Positions 41,428 to 54,378 of a stretch of 64,000 bases of DNA are shown here, piece after piece. Below the pieces are notes generated by a model. The model saw only the letters and a list, made by a program, of their open reading frames with translations, had not been told where the DNA came from and did not search any database. How positions within the stretch are numbered: position 1 is the stretch's first letter; every line of letters begins with the position of its first letter. The stretch is taken from the NCBI GenBank assembly GCA_037447605.1, contig CM074809.1, forward strand, positions 1,540,689 to 1,604,688. Direction: 5' to 3'. Position numbers and translations under genes: made by a program. This DNA comes from Zygnema circumcarinatum SAG 698-1b. Its lineage: Eukaryota; Plantae; Zygnematophyceae.

Positions 41428-42398
41428 ACTCTAGAAAGCAAAGCACTCTGACCGTGCACGATCAAGTCTCAACATGCAGACAGAGTCTACGCCAACAGGG
41501 GCATGACTGATCTCTCTCGTTGTAGCTGCATTTCTCCTTTTTGTTGCCTAAATACAAAGGTCATGAAAGCATTCATCTACCCCCGGAATCGTCACATATA
41601 TGATGCAGTCCATGAAATATCGCCTTTGGTCACATCTCAACTCCTTGACCTGCTCCTCATCTTATTCAGTGCCTGCAGAATACGCTGTCACTGCGAGGCA
41701 GAACTTGTACTGCCTGCGTCCAACATCACAGAGTTGCCACAAACCTACTGAAGGCAATTCACTCATGGCGTAGGGGGGCATTCAGGCACCCTTCACTTGT
41801 TCGAATAAGGGAATGGCAGTAAGTTGTGAGATCCCGCCCATAAGACTCTGCAAAAAGCTTAGCAGACCAGTAAGCTAAGCAGGCTCCTCCCAGTATTCGG
41901 GTCGCATTCGATAATACCCCGCTGCTGCACCTGCGTGCCATGCTCCGCCTCAATTAATTGCGATCCTATGGAAGCATAATCCAATATTTGCTGGTTACAG
42001 CAGATGCAGCCAACATTCACCTCATACGCATTGCAACATCAAGAGCGCAAGATAAAGGCAGACCTCCCAAATGACAAGAAGTCACCCATCCACTGCAGAG
42101 TGCAAGAACAGAAGTGCACACCAGCTGGAGATTTTGGAAACAAAACCCGCAAACACATTTGAATAAACAACAATCTCCACCCTTATGAGGAGATGTCCGG
42201 CCACCTTCGGCACGTCGTCGAGCGCGACCTCCTGAAGCCCCGCGTTCATCGTTTTGGAGTGAGCGTTGAGGCTGGTGGTGAGGGAACTGCACAACTGAGC
42301 GCACAACGACACAGGGCTCACAATACAACCAGCTCGCATCTGGGCAGTGAGATGATATGACGATATGGCGTTATGATGATATGATGCTATCCTCTTGC

Positions 42399-42862
42399 AG
42401 GATGTATAGGCTTATTCAGCAGCAATTGTGGAAGTGGGGCCGCCCGCTACCTGAGAGTGCGTCATGTCGCGCACTCATGTCATCTCATGGTGCGCAATTG
42501 GCCAAGGTTTCACAATCGTTCATTGGAGTGTTTGCCCGCAAGGAAACGACGGAACGGGGTCGCGTGGAGAAACTGCAATAGTGAATTTGGAGAAGGATGA
42601 TCGAGGGTTGGCTCCAGGACAGTATGCAGCCTTATATGAGGGCGACACGTGTTCGGGCTCTGGAGTCATACTTGAGGCGATGGGCGGTGAAGTCGCTGAA
42701 GTTCCAGCGCAGCAAGCCATCGAGAAAGCATCACTCTCGTGGGAGGAGGAAGGCCCGACGGTGGGCAAGAAGAAAAAAAGGAGGGAGGACAGAAAACGGA
42801 AGGATGAAGAAGGGCTTACGCTTGAGCTTGAGGGGTTGAATGAGCTCGTGCTCGTGTGGTAG
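42399..42862 (+). pseudogene. mnmA: Frameshifted C-terminal fragment of tRNA 2-thiouridylase MnmA
   Basis: DRGLAPGQYAALYEGDTCSGSGVI in one frame, VRNWPRFHNRSL (like VRHGPGFY.CS) in another; starts at an acceptor AG; no upstream exons found. Confidence 0.7.
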
Positions 42863-44124
42863 ATTATGGTTGAGGCTAATGGAGAGCACAGCAATAACTC
42901 AAGGCTTTTCAAGCGCGAGAGACTGAATCGGCACAGTCACGAGGAGGGGAGTGATCATTCACGAGGTCATTCCCTTTTTTTTTTTTGCGTGTGTATGTTG
43001 CTGTCAGGTTCCAAAAGTCGTCCATTTAGTAGCTCCTTGGGGCGATTATGGTATGGGGACCTTGAATAAACTACTCTTTGTAAATACATACATACTGTGG
43101 TCCAATCTATTCCCGCCCCTTGCACGGTATCAATCGCCCCCTTGGAAACATGCATCCATTAAACTAACACAGACTGACTTTTCACACACCTCTCAAGCGG
43201 ACTCTGAAATCTGCCCTCTGTCCTCCAACCTCATGATCACAGACAGAATGAAAACAGGATGCCACTTTTTTCAGCAGTTGCTTCCCAGAGAAGTACCATA
43301 GACAATAGGGCCCAAACCAAGCTCAGCCTGTGAGAGGCCTCAGGGGAGGAGAGAGGAGCGGGCGAGGGGAGGCCTGGACCACTGCCGTATCGTTCATATT
43401 CGACATAACTATATCGAACCGAGCTCAATATTTGGCGATATACCCGATGCTTCTGGAGAACCAGGCGGCGGACGGTGTCCGTGTGAACGCCTCCGCCACT
43501 TCCGCCGCGAGGTGCGGCCAAATTTGAATCCGGACGTGACGTAACGCAACGTGACCCGCGCAACGTGCATATAACTGCCTATGCCCCGCCGCCCCCCCGG
43601 TTCCGTGTGAACACGGAACAGCGTTCGTGTTGCGAGAAGCGTCAAATCCACAGTTCCTTCCGGCTGCCCGGCAGAGGAGCAGGGCAAGCCAAATCTGGAA
43701 CCGTACGCTCGTTCTTTCAAAATACGAGACTTTGATTGGCGGAAAGGGACGGGCTGCCGTGCAAAAAGTTTCACAAGAATATTTTTTTCCCCTGCCCCAG
43801 ATGTTTTTTTTTTTTGACTGACAAGGGCGGGCTCAGGGATTTGGAGCCGTCCGGGCCCATCCCAAGGAGATGGGCTCCCTCCCTCCCTGCCATTAGCGAA
43901 GGGGCCGTTGCTGCACTCTCACACCTCCCTCTCTCTCCCTCGCTTTCTCGCTCTTTCTCTCTCTCTTACGATTTCCCTCGCTTCCCTTGCGACTGTTGGA
44001 TTTGACTTTGGACTTTTCAGAAGTCGTTCCTGCTCTCTTTGTTTTGAAACTTCGGTTTTGAGCTCTTTTGCGGGGTCAGCACGAGTTTGGCTGGAATCAA
44101 ATCAATCGTTGTGCCCTGGCAAGT

Positions 44125-44729
44125 ATGCCTCAAATCCAGTATTCGGAGAAGTACTTCGATGACACTTATGAGTACAGGTATGGTCGCCGGGGAGTTAAAG
44201 CCCGGAGTTGTGGCAGTTGTTGCTGCTTTCCTTAAGGAAAGTACTGCTGATGCAGGACTGACTCTTTGCGGCTTTTTACGATCGCTATTACAGGCATGTC
44301 GTTCTGCCCGTGGAAACGGCGAAGTTGCTCCCAAAGAACCGCCTTCTGTCCGAGGTGTGTCCTAAGTTACATTTTGGATTTGAATGCTGCCACGTGTTTG
44401 CAATACACCTAAAGAAAGGGTCCATGTCTTGATCAGGTCATCATGTATCATATACGTCGAGTGGAAACACTGCCCATGAGGCCGAACCATGTCGTGATAT
44501 TGCTGTCTGAAGTGTATGGTTTACACGGAACTGTTTGCAGACGGAATGGCGGAGTCTTGGAGTTCAGCAGTCTCGTGGATGGGTGCATTACGCTATCCAT
44601 CGTCCTGAGCCGCAAATTATGCTCTTCAGACGGCCCCTGAATTATGGCCAGCAGACACAACAGCCTGGTCAGCAACCACAGCAACAGCCGCAACAGCAAC
44701 AGCAGCAGCAGCAGTCCGCGGCCGCGTGA
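44125..44729 (+). CDS. CKS1: Cyclin-dependent kinase regulatory subunit CKS with poly-Q tail (3 exons)
   Basis: [18 protein letters not shown] / HVVLP...[10 protein letters not shown] / [32 protein letters not shown]. Confidence 0.95.
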
Positions 44730-46534
44730 TATATGACACTGATGATTTTGTTGATTACTTGTATAATTTTGACAAAGGTCGCCATGGAGCAATACTGCTC
44801 GTTGCAACTGGGGATGGAAATCATGTAACATCGTAGCCTACGTTCAGAGCTAGCCTCGTCGTTGATAGTTGCATGTGCAAGTCTCTAGTGGAATAAAAGC
44901 AGGATACTCTTCAGCTTGAAATCATCCAGAGGTAATGCCCTGTGGAGTAGGAGCTGTATTCGAGCTAATGCTAAAATTTGGGACGCTCTTTTGACATACG
45001 TTTTTTTTTTGGATATGTGTTTTGTCTTTAACAAGTTCACAATGAGTCGGACATCGGGGCCTTGTATTTTCACAAACTTCGAAACCAGGATCCCTTAGTT
45101 GACTCTCTGGGCCTTTGCCAGTGGCTGGAGGACTGCAGCCACACAGTCTGGGAACCTGTATGGAGGCATTGGGCCCACCCCGGCAGGGAGGGGGCTGGGG
45201 GGAGCACTGGCAGACTGTTGGGTAAGCAGTAGAGTACACTATTGGAGCAGGAGGAGGCTGCAGGAAACACTGCAATGAAAGCGTAGAAACATCGGGTTGT
45301 ATGGGTTTACTTTGAGACTTTCTGGGCTGCTGTAGCGTAGCAGCAGCAGGCCCCATCGACAGAGTACAATGCATTGGACGGAACAGCTAATTGCAAATCT
45401 TTGTCTTGTGTAGTTGATATGACTTGAAGAAGTGAAACAAAGAGAGAAAAGTCAAAGCCCGAATACGAACTTCGTCCCAGTTTACTGCACACTTTGAACC
45501 AGCGTCTAGCACGCACTATTTTTTTCCATTGCTTTCAAATTGCTAGAATGGTCGCCCTTGTGACCAGACCACCACTAGATAAGCGATTGCAAATCATTTA
45601 TTGTCATCTGCTACCAATGGTTGGCAAGCATGGGCAAGGAATGATTCAAACCATTGCCAAATCGCTTCCCCGATGGTTCGAACCTTTGGCAATGGTTGGC
45701 AAGCATTGGCATCCCATGGCTCGAAGCGAAGGCAGTAATAGAAAACAATGGCTGCGATTGCTGGCCTGGCTGGCCATTGGCCATGGCAGTGGAGGGGCGT
45801 CGTCATCCTTCCCAAATCCCTTGCATGACGACACCATGGAACACAGCGCCTATCTTGAACATTTTCCCTTTCTACGGCTGCGTTGTTGAGCACTAAGGCG
45901 TAGATTTTCACTCATAGCTTTTTCCTTTTGACCTTCGGTCCTTCGCGACCAGTTCCTCGTGGTTCCCCATGATGATTTTGTCCACGAATATCTGATGGCA
46001 TTGCCATCGTGAGTTCAATGCCACATGGACTTACCCTCTTCCCTAAAGAGGACAATTCAAAATAGAATCAATCTCACTTCAAAATTAGTACACGCTGACA
46101 TGCGATATAGGTGGCAAGCGCGAAATCGGAAAGTACTCTTTTCGAAACATTTCCCGAAAGGCGGTGCCAACGGTTGGCTCGTTCCAAGCGGGAAAACTTG
46201 GACGGACCGCTGCCAGCCACGCGGTTTCCGCGCGCCTGCGCCTGCCTGCCTTCAGACCTATTCCGCAGCCCTGACTTTGCGGGCAGGAAAACCGAGCACT
46301 TTTATTGGCGGACGCGTCTCGTCGCACAAGCTCGCAGCCAATCCCGACGGCTCTGCCCAGTCGGGCAAACTGAAAGTTTGTTGAATTGACTTTAGGATGG
46401 GCGTCTAGAAAACGCTTCTGAGCTGCTTTTGCAGGCGGGTGCAGGTGGGAGAGAGGAGAGGCTGCAGCAGGAGCAAGAGGAAGCAGAGGCACCTTTGTGG
46501 AATTTGCAGGTGCGCAAGTTCTGTGACAGGAGCT

Positions 46535-46966
46535 ATGTCTTACTACCCTCCTCCCGGCGGCTATGGCGGATATGGCGGTTACCCTCCTCCCGGTTATCCT
46601 CCTCAAGGATACCCGCCAGCTCAAGGATATGGCGGTTATCCTCCTCCCGGATATGCGCCTCCACCTTACGGCTACCCCCCTCAGCCCTCAACAGTAGTTG
46701 TGCAGGAAGGCGGCTATGGCGGTGGGTCGACGACTATTGTATCGGGACCGAGTCCGTATCCTCCTCAGCCATACGGATATGCTCCATATGGATATCCGCC
46801 GCATCCTTCTCAGACAATTATCGTGGAGAATGATCGTTATGGTGGTGGCATGGGTGGAGGGATGGGTGGAGGGATGGGCGGCATGGGCGGACTTGCTACC
46901 GGTCTTGCAGTTGGTGCCATAGGAGGTTTCGTTGCCGGAGAAGTTCTGGAGGACGTGTTCGATTAG
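46535..46966 (+). CDS. Pro/Gly/Tyr-rich small protein with hydrophobic C-terminal GLAVGAIGGFVAGEVLEDVFD motif
   Basis: 143-codon ORF of GYPP repeats; the C-terminus resembles SRC2-type tails but there is no C2 domain. Confidence 0.75.
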   Translation: MSYYPPPGGYGGYGGYPPPGYPPQGYPPAQGYGGYPPPGYAPPPYGYPPQPSTVVVQEGGYGGGSTTIVSGPSPYPPQPYGYAPYGYPPHPSQTIIVENDRYGGGMGGGMGGGMGGMGGLATGLAVGAIGGFVAGEVLEDVFD

Positions 46967-48335
46967 TTTGTTTGATGATTAGTTTGAACGGATGCTGGGC
47001 GGAAGCTCTGAGGAATTCTTGTTTTTTACGCTTATCAATGTGTATACTGTATCTAGAAGGTCTCAGTAAGCGAAAATCGCAGATCTACCCTTGTCTTTGG
47101 ATGTTGGACAGAAAAGTTCTATAGGAGGAGAGGGGAAGATAGCAAAACAATGTGACAGTGTACTGTTTAGGAGCTCGTAACGATTGATTCATTGGATGAG
47201 GAGTAATCTGTCTGGTTGGTTGTCAAATATTGTTGGAGACAGCTGGAGCTGCAGTTCGGTTCCATGCAGAAAAAATGTATTGGGAATCGTTTTCTGCTCA
47301 CAAAAAGTGGAAGGATACTGTTCAGTAAGCTGTGCCTAGTGTACTCTGGTCCAAGGCGCAGTCGTGAACAACTGGTCTATCACCTTTGTACTTCTAAAGA
47401 ATTTTCAATCGCTTTTAACCTCAAAAAATAATCTTTGTTCCTGGGTCGTCGTAAGGTTAGCTGAGTTGATATTGCATTTTGAAGGTGTTTGTGAACCACT
47501 GGTCTACTGCAGACTTTTCTATTTTTTTAAGCTTTACAAGTCCTTGTGCTGTTGATGCCTGAAGGTTTGGTGAGCTCGTGCTGCATGTGGGTGGTATTGT
47601 GTGCTCTATGACGTTATCTTGGGTTGTCAAGGCCATGTACTCGCAGGCCACTGTTGTCGTAGAGACTACTGAATTTTTTGTTGTGGAATCATCAGTGTCA
47701 AGGGCCCATCAGGAGATGTGCATTTAAAGTTGGTTGTCCATGCAGGTACAGCTGTTGCACGAAATCGTTATTTGTTTAGGCTGGCAGCACCTGCTCGTGT
47801 GCGTTCATTGGTAGAAGTAACGTATGGTTTTGAGCTACATGAGCTGCGCAAGGTGGTGTTTTGCGGTTTTGTGTTTTGCTTGGTGTAATTTTGCGGTCTC
47901 GGTCATTTGACTATTGCAGCGGCTGTAGCGTATGTCTGAAGATGATGTATGTTCAAGGTGGGGGGCACTTCAGAAGCGAACTTCATGCGGGTATGCCTTT
48001 GGTTCTGGATGTGTCCTTACAGATGAGCACTTGTCAGTAATCCTGAGCTCTGTCAAAGTGGAAAATCTGGTCCGACTGGAAAATTCTGGCGTCTTTACTG
48101 AGGACGCCTGCCACTTCGCAGTCGTTTCTATGCAATGCGTTGTGCGGGGTTCTACTGTAGCGGCAACTGAGCAACTTTGTGATCAGGCCGTTTCACGCAG
48201 TACAGCAACGGCCGCTCTATGATTGTACGTCAGGTCCTGCGGATAGATACTCTCCGGATGGTGCAGATATTCTATGCATCGGACGGACAGGGGCTGAAGC
48301 AGTTTGAATCGCACGGTCTGAGATCCTTCCTCCTA

Positions 48336-49739
48336 CAGTAGACAGCCCTCATATTTTCCACCCTGTACAGTGCGTCCCCAAGAAATTCGCCCTGATTTTG
48401 CCGAAACCACTTTTTGTAAGGTAAGTATGTGTTAATGTATTAGGGGTGTTAACCTAACCTGACCTATTTTACAATACAAAATCTGTTAAACAACGAATTT
48501 CAAACATGGATCACGCTATTATTCTGTACGGTAAGTACGGTTAACATCTCGAAATCGTACGGTATAAGTACAGCACCAATAGGAACTGGGTAACTCTACT
48601 GCACCCCCGCGTTTTGTCTTTCGCACCCCCCTTTTGAAAATTTTGCCTGCCCGTTTTGGTTCCCCCCCAGTTTTGAATATTTCGGGAAAAATTCTTTTTC
48701 CCGCCCCTCCCGTCCCCTCCGCTCCCGCCCCTCCCCTCCCCTCCCCTCCCCTCCCCTCCCCGCCGCTCCCCTCCCTTGCCCTGTCCTCCCCGGGCCTCCC
48801 CTCCCNNNNNNNNNNTGCCCTCCCTTGCCCTCCCCTCCTCGTCTCTCCTCTTCTCGGTTTGCAATGTCCATAAAAATGCTACCGAGTATGAGACCCGCGA
48901 TGAGCTCGTACAAGTCGTCACCGAGCACTACAAGCACGAAGGAGTTCACATCAAGATCGGCATCCTAACCTGAAAACAGAGAGTAACTGTTGCCCAACAT
49001 TGCTGACCTTTGCAGCTGCGTTTAAGGCTGCGTTTTTGCGCTTAAGCTCAGTTTATTTTAGTTTTTTGCTCCTAGTTTTTTTATTTTGTGGTTGGTTCTT
49101 TTGCGACCAATTTCTTGTGGTTCCCATGTTGACTTTTTCCATGTTTATTTGATGGCCTCACCATCTTGAGACCAATGCAAATCCCCTTTTCTTTTGTCGC
49201 ACATTGTTGGAAGTCAATAGTGAAAAGGAGAAAACGAGGGGGGTGGAATGTCCAAAACAAGAGGAGGGGACGGGAGGGNNNNNNNNNNGGGAGGGGAGGG
49301 GAGGGGAGGGGAGGGGAGGGGAGCGGGCGGGAGGGGAGGGCCGAGGTGGACAGGGCAAGGGAGGGCAGGGGAGGGGGGGGAGCGAAAGGGACGGGAGGTG
49401 CGGGAAAAAGATTTTTTCCCGAAATATTCAAAACTGGGGGGGACCAAAACGGGCAGGCAAAATTTTCAAAAGGGGCGTGCGAAAGACAAAACGCGGGGGT
49501 GCAGTAGAGTTACCCTAGGAACTCCTGTAGGTAAATGTACGGCACCAATAGGAGTTCGCGACAGGGCCGGCCGGGCGGCCATGCGCGTCCGTACAGAGAG
49601 AAACAGTACGGCCGCAGGCCGGACTCTAACATAATACCGCCCGCCACTTGTTAACACGGAATCCCTTATATCTGCAAATTCCAAGATTTTCGCCCCACAT
49701 TTGCCGAAACCATGGCGAAAATATTAGGGGGGTCTACTG
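48336..49739. mobile_element. Non-autonomous Tc1/mariner (pogo-like) element, ~470 bp without the nested MULE
   Basis: TA-CAGTAGACAGCCCTCATATTTTC vs reverse complement of the right end TA-CAGTAGACCCCCCTAATATTTTC; second TIR-like copy at 48368. Confidence 0.7.
48588..49515 (+). mobile_element. Non-autonomous MULE, copy 2, nested in the pogo-like element
   Basis: Same long TIRs as 38295-39180; 8-bp TSD TAGGAACT; shares ~290 bp of 3' internal sequence; retains a YETRDELVQVVTEHYKHEGVHIKI fragment. Confidence 0.88.
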
Positions 49740-50637
49740 TACCAAGAGCTGCTCATACCGTCGATAAAATTTCACCGTTAAAAAAGCAAAACTTGATGGC
49801 GAATTAAAAAGTTGACGTCTGCTTATCGAACGGTTGAGAACGACTGCCTCGTTCGTGACAGACATCGTGGGAACGACAAACGGTACTAGGATCGCAGCCA
49901 TTGTACGGCCGACGGTACGTCCGTGCAGTACGGCGCCGTACCCTGAGCCTAGCCCCTTTTTGTTGAACATCTGAACACGTTTTCAAGCATTTATTTTTCA
50001 GCTCAAAAATAAAATCCTTTCCATCTTTTCTTTCGTTTTCCTTAAAAATGTTCAAAACGGCCAGCTGTCCGTTAGCCGCCCGCCCCTCCCGCCCTTGTCC
50101 TTTTCCCTCCCGAAGGCCGCCGTCGATCCGGCACCTCCGGCACACGTGGCGCCTTCCAAGCCGCTTCCCGCCACGTGGCGCCCTCCCCTGTCGCCTGTTC
50201 CTTTTTCTCCCAACCGGCGCCAGTTCAAACGGTCGCTCCCCGTCCCATTCCGTACTGTACAACTGCCGCCTGCGCCCGCGAGCTAGGGAGGGCAAAAAGT
50301 CCGTACAAGGGACGTTTAGAGTACAGTATTAGATTTCAGAATTAAAACGTTCTAATATCTAAAAGTTTCAGAGATTTAGAACACTTTAATAATATTCGTA
50401 CGGTCATACGGTCGGTGGATTGGCGCTGGCCCGTCCGAGAGCCTTGTAGCGTAACGGAGCTGCGTTCGACGGATTTGCGCCAGTTCAATTGTACTTGACA
50501 TATGCCTCTTCCGTGTCACGGATCAACGGAATCCAGAAGCTGCCAACGGAGATTGAGAGAAGGCGGCGCCATGCGTTGGCGGTCCACGGAACGGCACACT
50601 ATCCAGCAAGGCGCACTCGGGAACACCNNNNNNNNNN

Positions 50638-52882
50638 TAGACCGACTTCGCTACATCGAATGCTACAGTGATGAGCGGCTGTTTGAATTCACTGAGCGCT
50701 TTGTGCGCATGGCAAATACGATCGAGAACTTGCCTGACTTTTCCGAAGTTCTCCAGTGGTTCCGTAAGGCCATCAGCGAGAAGGATCTCCATCTGGATCG
50801 TGAGCTGCGCGATAACCCACCAGCAGATGCCCAGGCCTTGTTAGAAAGGGCAGAGCGAATTCAGAAGGATCAAGAGAGAGGCAACCNNNNNNNNNNCTAG
50901 GAACAAGCCGTCTTTCTCCGGCATCCCTGGCTCAAGACGTCCGGTCAGCCCCTGTGGTGCAGCCTCTGGCCATAGCCAGCACGACCAAGCCCCTTCCCCT
51001 TTCTCCATACCCTCATGATCCTGCACGTCCCATTGAGCCGGCGGTGAATCCTCACATACCAGATGTTTCTCGTCCAGGATATCGGGCTCCTTATTCCGAT
51101 CGCACACCCGAAGAGAGAGAAGCTGCCAGGGCCGATCTGCGCCGTCGGATGACAGAGGCAGGGGTTCCAGAGGGCGTCTGTCTTGCCTGCGGCCTGAATC
51201 ATAATCCGCGGCTGCGTTGCGGACCATGGACCTGCACCTTCTGTCAGATCACGGGACATGATGCCCGTGTGTGCATGCGGAGACTCTCAAGTGAGAAGGC
51301 CCGAAAGGGGAAAGAGGCAGTAGCAGGGAGCTCACCTGCAGAGATCGCCTTCATGGATATGCTCCCGGCTACTCCCACACCGCCGAGAACTCCAGCTCCC
51401 TTTCGCCCGCCTCCACCTCCTTCACCCGCTTACACCATCCTGCAACGTCCGCCTATCCACCTGCACCCCATGGACTCCCCTTCCCTGACAAACACATTGG
51501 GTGCTGAGCCCGATCCTGCTGCCCGCTCACGCACTGCCCANNNNNNNNNNCTAGGAACAAGCCGTCTTTCTCCGGCATCCCTGCTCAAGACGTCCGGTCA
51601 GCCCCTGTGGTGCAGCCTCTGGCCATAGCCAGCACGACCAAGCCCCTTCCCCTTTCTCCATACCCTCATGATCCTGCACGTCCCATTGAGCCGGCGGTGA
51701 ATCCTCACATACCAGATGTTTCTCGTCCAGGATATCGGGCTCCTTATTCCGATCGCACACCCGAAGAGAGAGAAGCTGCCAGGGCCGATCTGCGCCGTCG
51801 GATGACAGAGGCAGGGGTTCCAGAGGGCGTCTGTCTTGCCTGCGGCCTGAATCATAATCCGCGGCTGCGTTGCGGACCATGGACCTGCACCTTCTGTCAG
51901 ATCACGGGACATGATGCCCGTGTGTGCATGCGGAGACTCTCAAGTGAGAAGGCCCGAAAGGGGAAAGAGGCAGTAGCAGGGAGCTCACCTGCAGAGATCG
52001 CCTTCATGGATATGCTCCCGGCTACTCCCACACCGCCGAGAACTCCAGCTCCCTTTCGCCCGCCTCCACCTCCTTCACCCGCTTACACCATCCTGCAACG
52101 TCCGCCTATCCACCTGCACCCCATGGACTCCCCTTCCCTGACAAACACATTGGGTGCTGAGCCCGATCCTGCTGCCCGCTCACGCACTGCCCAGATTGCC
52201 GCGGCATTACAACCGGCTTGGTCCGAATCCCCCATCACTTCTGAAGAGGGTGCTCAAGCCCGGATTGCCGAGATTGCAAATGCCTTGCGCAGGCTCCCTG
52301 TCAACCAAAGTGATCCTCATTCACATCCCCTGCCATTCCTCCCTGCCGATGTCAACGGCGCCAGCTCATCTGGCACGGCTCCACCGGTCACCACCCCTGT
52401 GTCCGGGAGAACTTCAGTCTCCCTCCTTCCTGGGTCATCCAGGTTGGGATCACGAGGGAGGAAATTGGCGATCTCAATGAGGGAGGGAGCGGCCATTGGC
52501 GCCCAGCCAGGAGCGAGAGCACCAGCGACAGAAGAGATGCACGTCAACCCTCCCCATCGCCCTCGGGCAGCCCGTTTCTACCCCCAAGCAGCCGATCGTC
52601 GACCACCCCCTCCGACAGACGGCCTATCCCTGATTGAACGCATGGTTCATCAACTCATGGGAGACAAGGCTAAGATCGGCATTACCTTGTCACAGTTGAT
52701 GCAACTGGTTCCAGGTGCTGCCGCCGTAGTTCGAAAGCTGGCCGACAGTGCAGAGGCCACCCTGCGGCCTCCCACGGTTCCTATGGCATCTCCTCCAGAC
52801 GTCCCCTCGCCAGCCGATATCCACCACATGGCGACGGCGCCTCCTCCGGACCCAGTTCGCTCTCCCCGCCATCCTCCTCGCC
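50638..52882 (+). CDS. Gypsy Gag (capsid-like, CCHC knuckles, Pro-rich spacer); partly duplicated across gaps
   Basis: FTERF...QWFRKAI; CTFCQITGHDARVC; IGITLSQLMQLVP. Confidence 0.75.
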
Positions 52883-52892
52883 NNNNNNNNNN

Positions 52893-54378
52893 ACCGTCCC
52901 GGCCGTAGTCACGGCAATGCTGACGGCCTCAGTCGCAATCCTTCGGCTCCCCTCCTCTGTCACGATCCGGCCGTTCCTGAACCCATCCCTCCACCCACCC
53001 TCTTGAACCCTGAGCATCTTCCCATTGAGATTTTTATTGCCGCTCAAGCCCTGCATGATGTCCTATTCGCAGATGGGCTGATCGATATTCCGGCCACCGC
53101 CACCACCCTCCATCGCTGGGAGGACCCTGACTTCACCCACGGCCACCCCCATGCGGATCCGTGGGAACTCCTCATGGATGACGATGGCGACGCTCCCTTA
53201 CTTCCTCCCCATTTCCCCAGCGCCAATGACGTCCATTCTGACTCCTCCCTTCTGCGCTACGTCATGACTCGCACGCTGCCCCCTTTTGTCACGGACACCG
53301 AGAGGGCTCGGCTGCTCCGCCGCGCTCGGAAATTCTCTGTCGATGATGACGGACAGATTCTTTACCTCCCCTCCGGCCTTCCTGTTCCATTCCCTAACGA
53401 GCGTATGGAAATTCTCGACGTCGCCCACGATTCCCAACCTGCAGGCTTCCACCTCGGACAGAAGAAGATGGTGGCCCTGTTGCAGGAGCGCTACTATTGG
53501 CCCGGCCTCCATGGCGCGGTGAGCCGCTACATTGAAACCTGCACCCGCTGCCAACGCGGCAAGCGCTCTTCTCCCCCCGACCGCCAACCCCTCGAGATGG
53601 GTGAGATCCCAATACGCGGCGTCGCCGAAGACTGGAACATCGACACCTTTTCTATCCCCCAGCTCGGCACCCCCTCTGGCTACATTCGGGTCTTCCTAGC
53701 CGTGGACAGATACACCAAGTGGGTAGAGGTTCACGCTACAGAATCTAAGCATTCCGTCCACTCTGCCCGCCTCCTGACGGCCATCATTCACCGCCACTCT
53801 CTCCCCTACTCTGTCCACTCTGACAATGGCACCGAATACAAGGGGGCCTTTGCCAAGCTAATGCAGGACTTCCGCATCATCCACCGCACCTCTAGCCCCT
53901 ACTCCCCCTGGCAGAATGGGCTTGCAGAACGTACCATTCAGACGGTCAAGGATGCGTGCGTCCGCGGCTGCGCGGAGCTGCAGGCGGACTGGCGCGAGGT
54001 CATCCCCTCCCTGGTCTTCACGTATAACACCTCCGTCCACTCCTCCACGGGCTTCTCTCCCTACGAGCTCCTCTATGGCCGTAAGCCCCGCATTCCCCTT
54101 GACCTCCTCTCTGCTGAGCCCCTCTTCTACGATGACGCGCCTCCCCCGGATCGGGTCGCCCAGCTTCAGCTCCTGGCCCTCCGCTTCCAAACCCTAGATT
54201 CCATGGCCTCCCACCACCTCGAACGAGCGCACAGACGACAACTCACCGACTTTGGGAGGCGCCGACGCGCTGCTCTCCCGCCCAATCAGGTAGCGCCACA
54301 TCAGCTCATTTGGCTCAGGAATCTCGCCAAACCGACTCAACGGGCTTTTCCGTGGTTGGGCCCCTTCATCTGTGTCGG
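52893..54378 (+). CDS. Gypsy RNase H C-terminus and integrase
   Basis: RPGRSHGNADGLSR; AHD...HLGQKKM...YYWPGL...CTRCQ; WNIDT; VDRYTKWVE; HSDNGTEY; PWQNGLAER.IQ; WLGPF. Confidence 0.92.

Noticed and set aside
45610-45710. 13-bp inverted repeat, 17-bp direct repeat and B-box-like GGTTCGAACC suggesting a tRNA or SINE
   Set aside because: No convincing A box or cloverleaf, and no second copy in the window
47932-48222. ORF with KRTSCGYAFGSG faintly like the copia RT/RNase H KSTSGY motif
   Set aside because: Too short and weak; no other motifs
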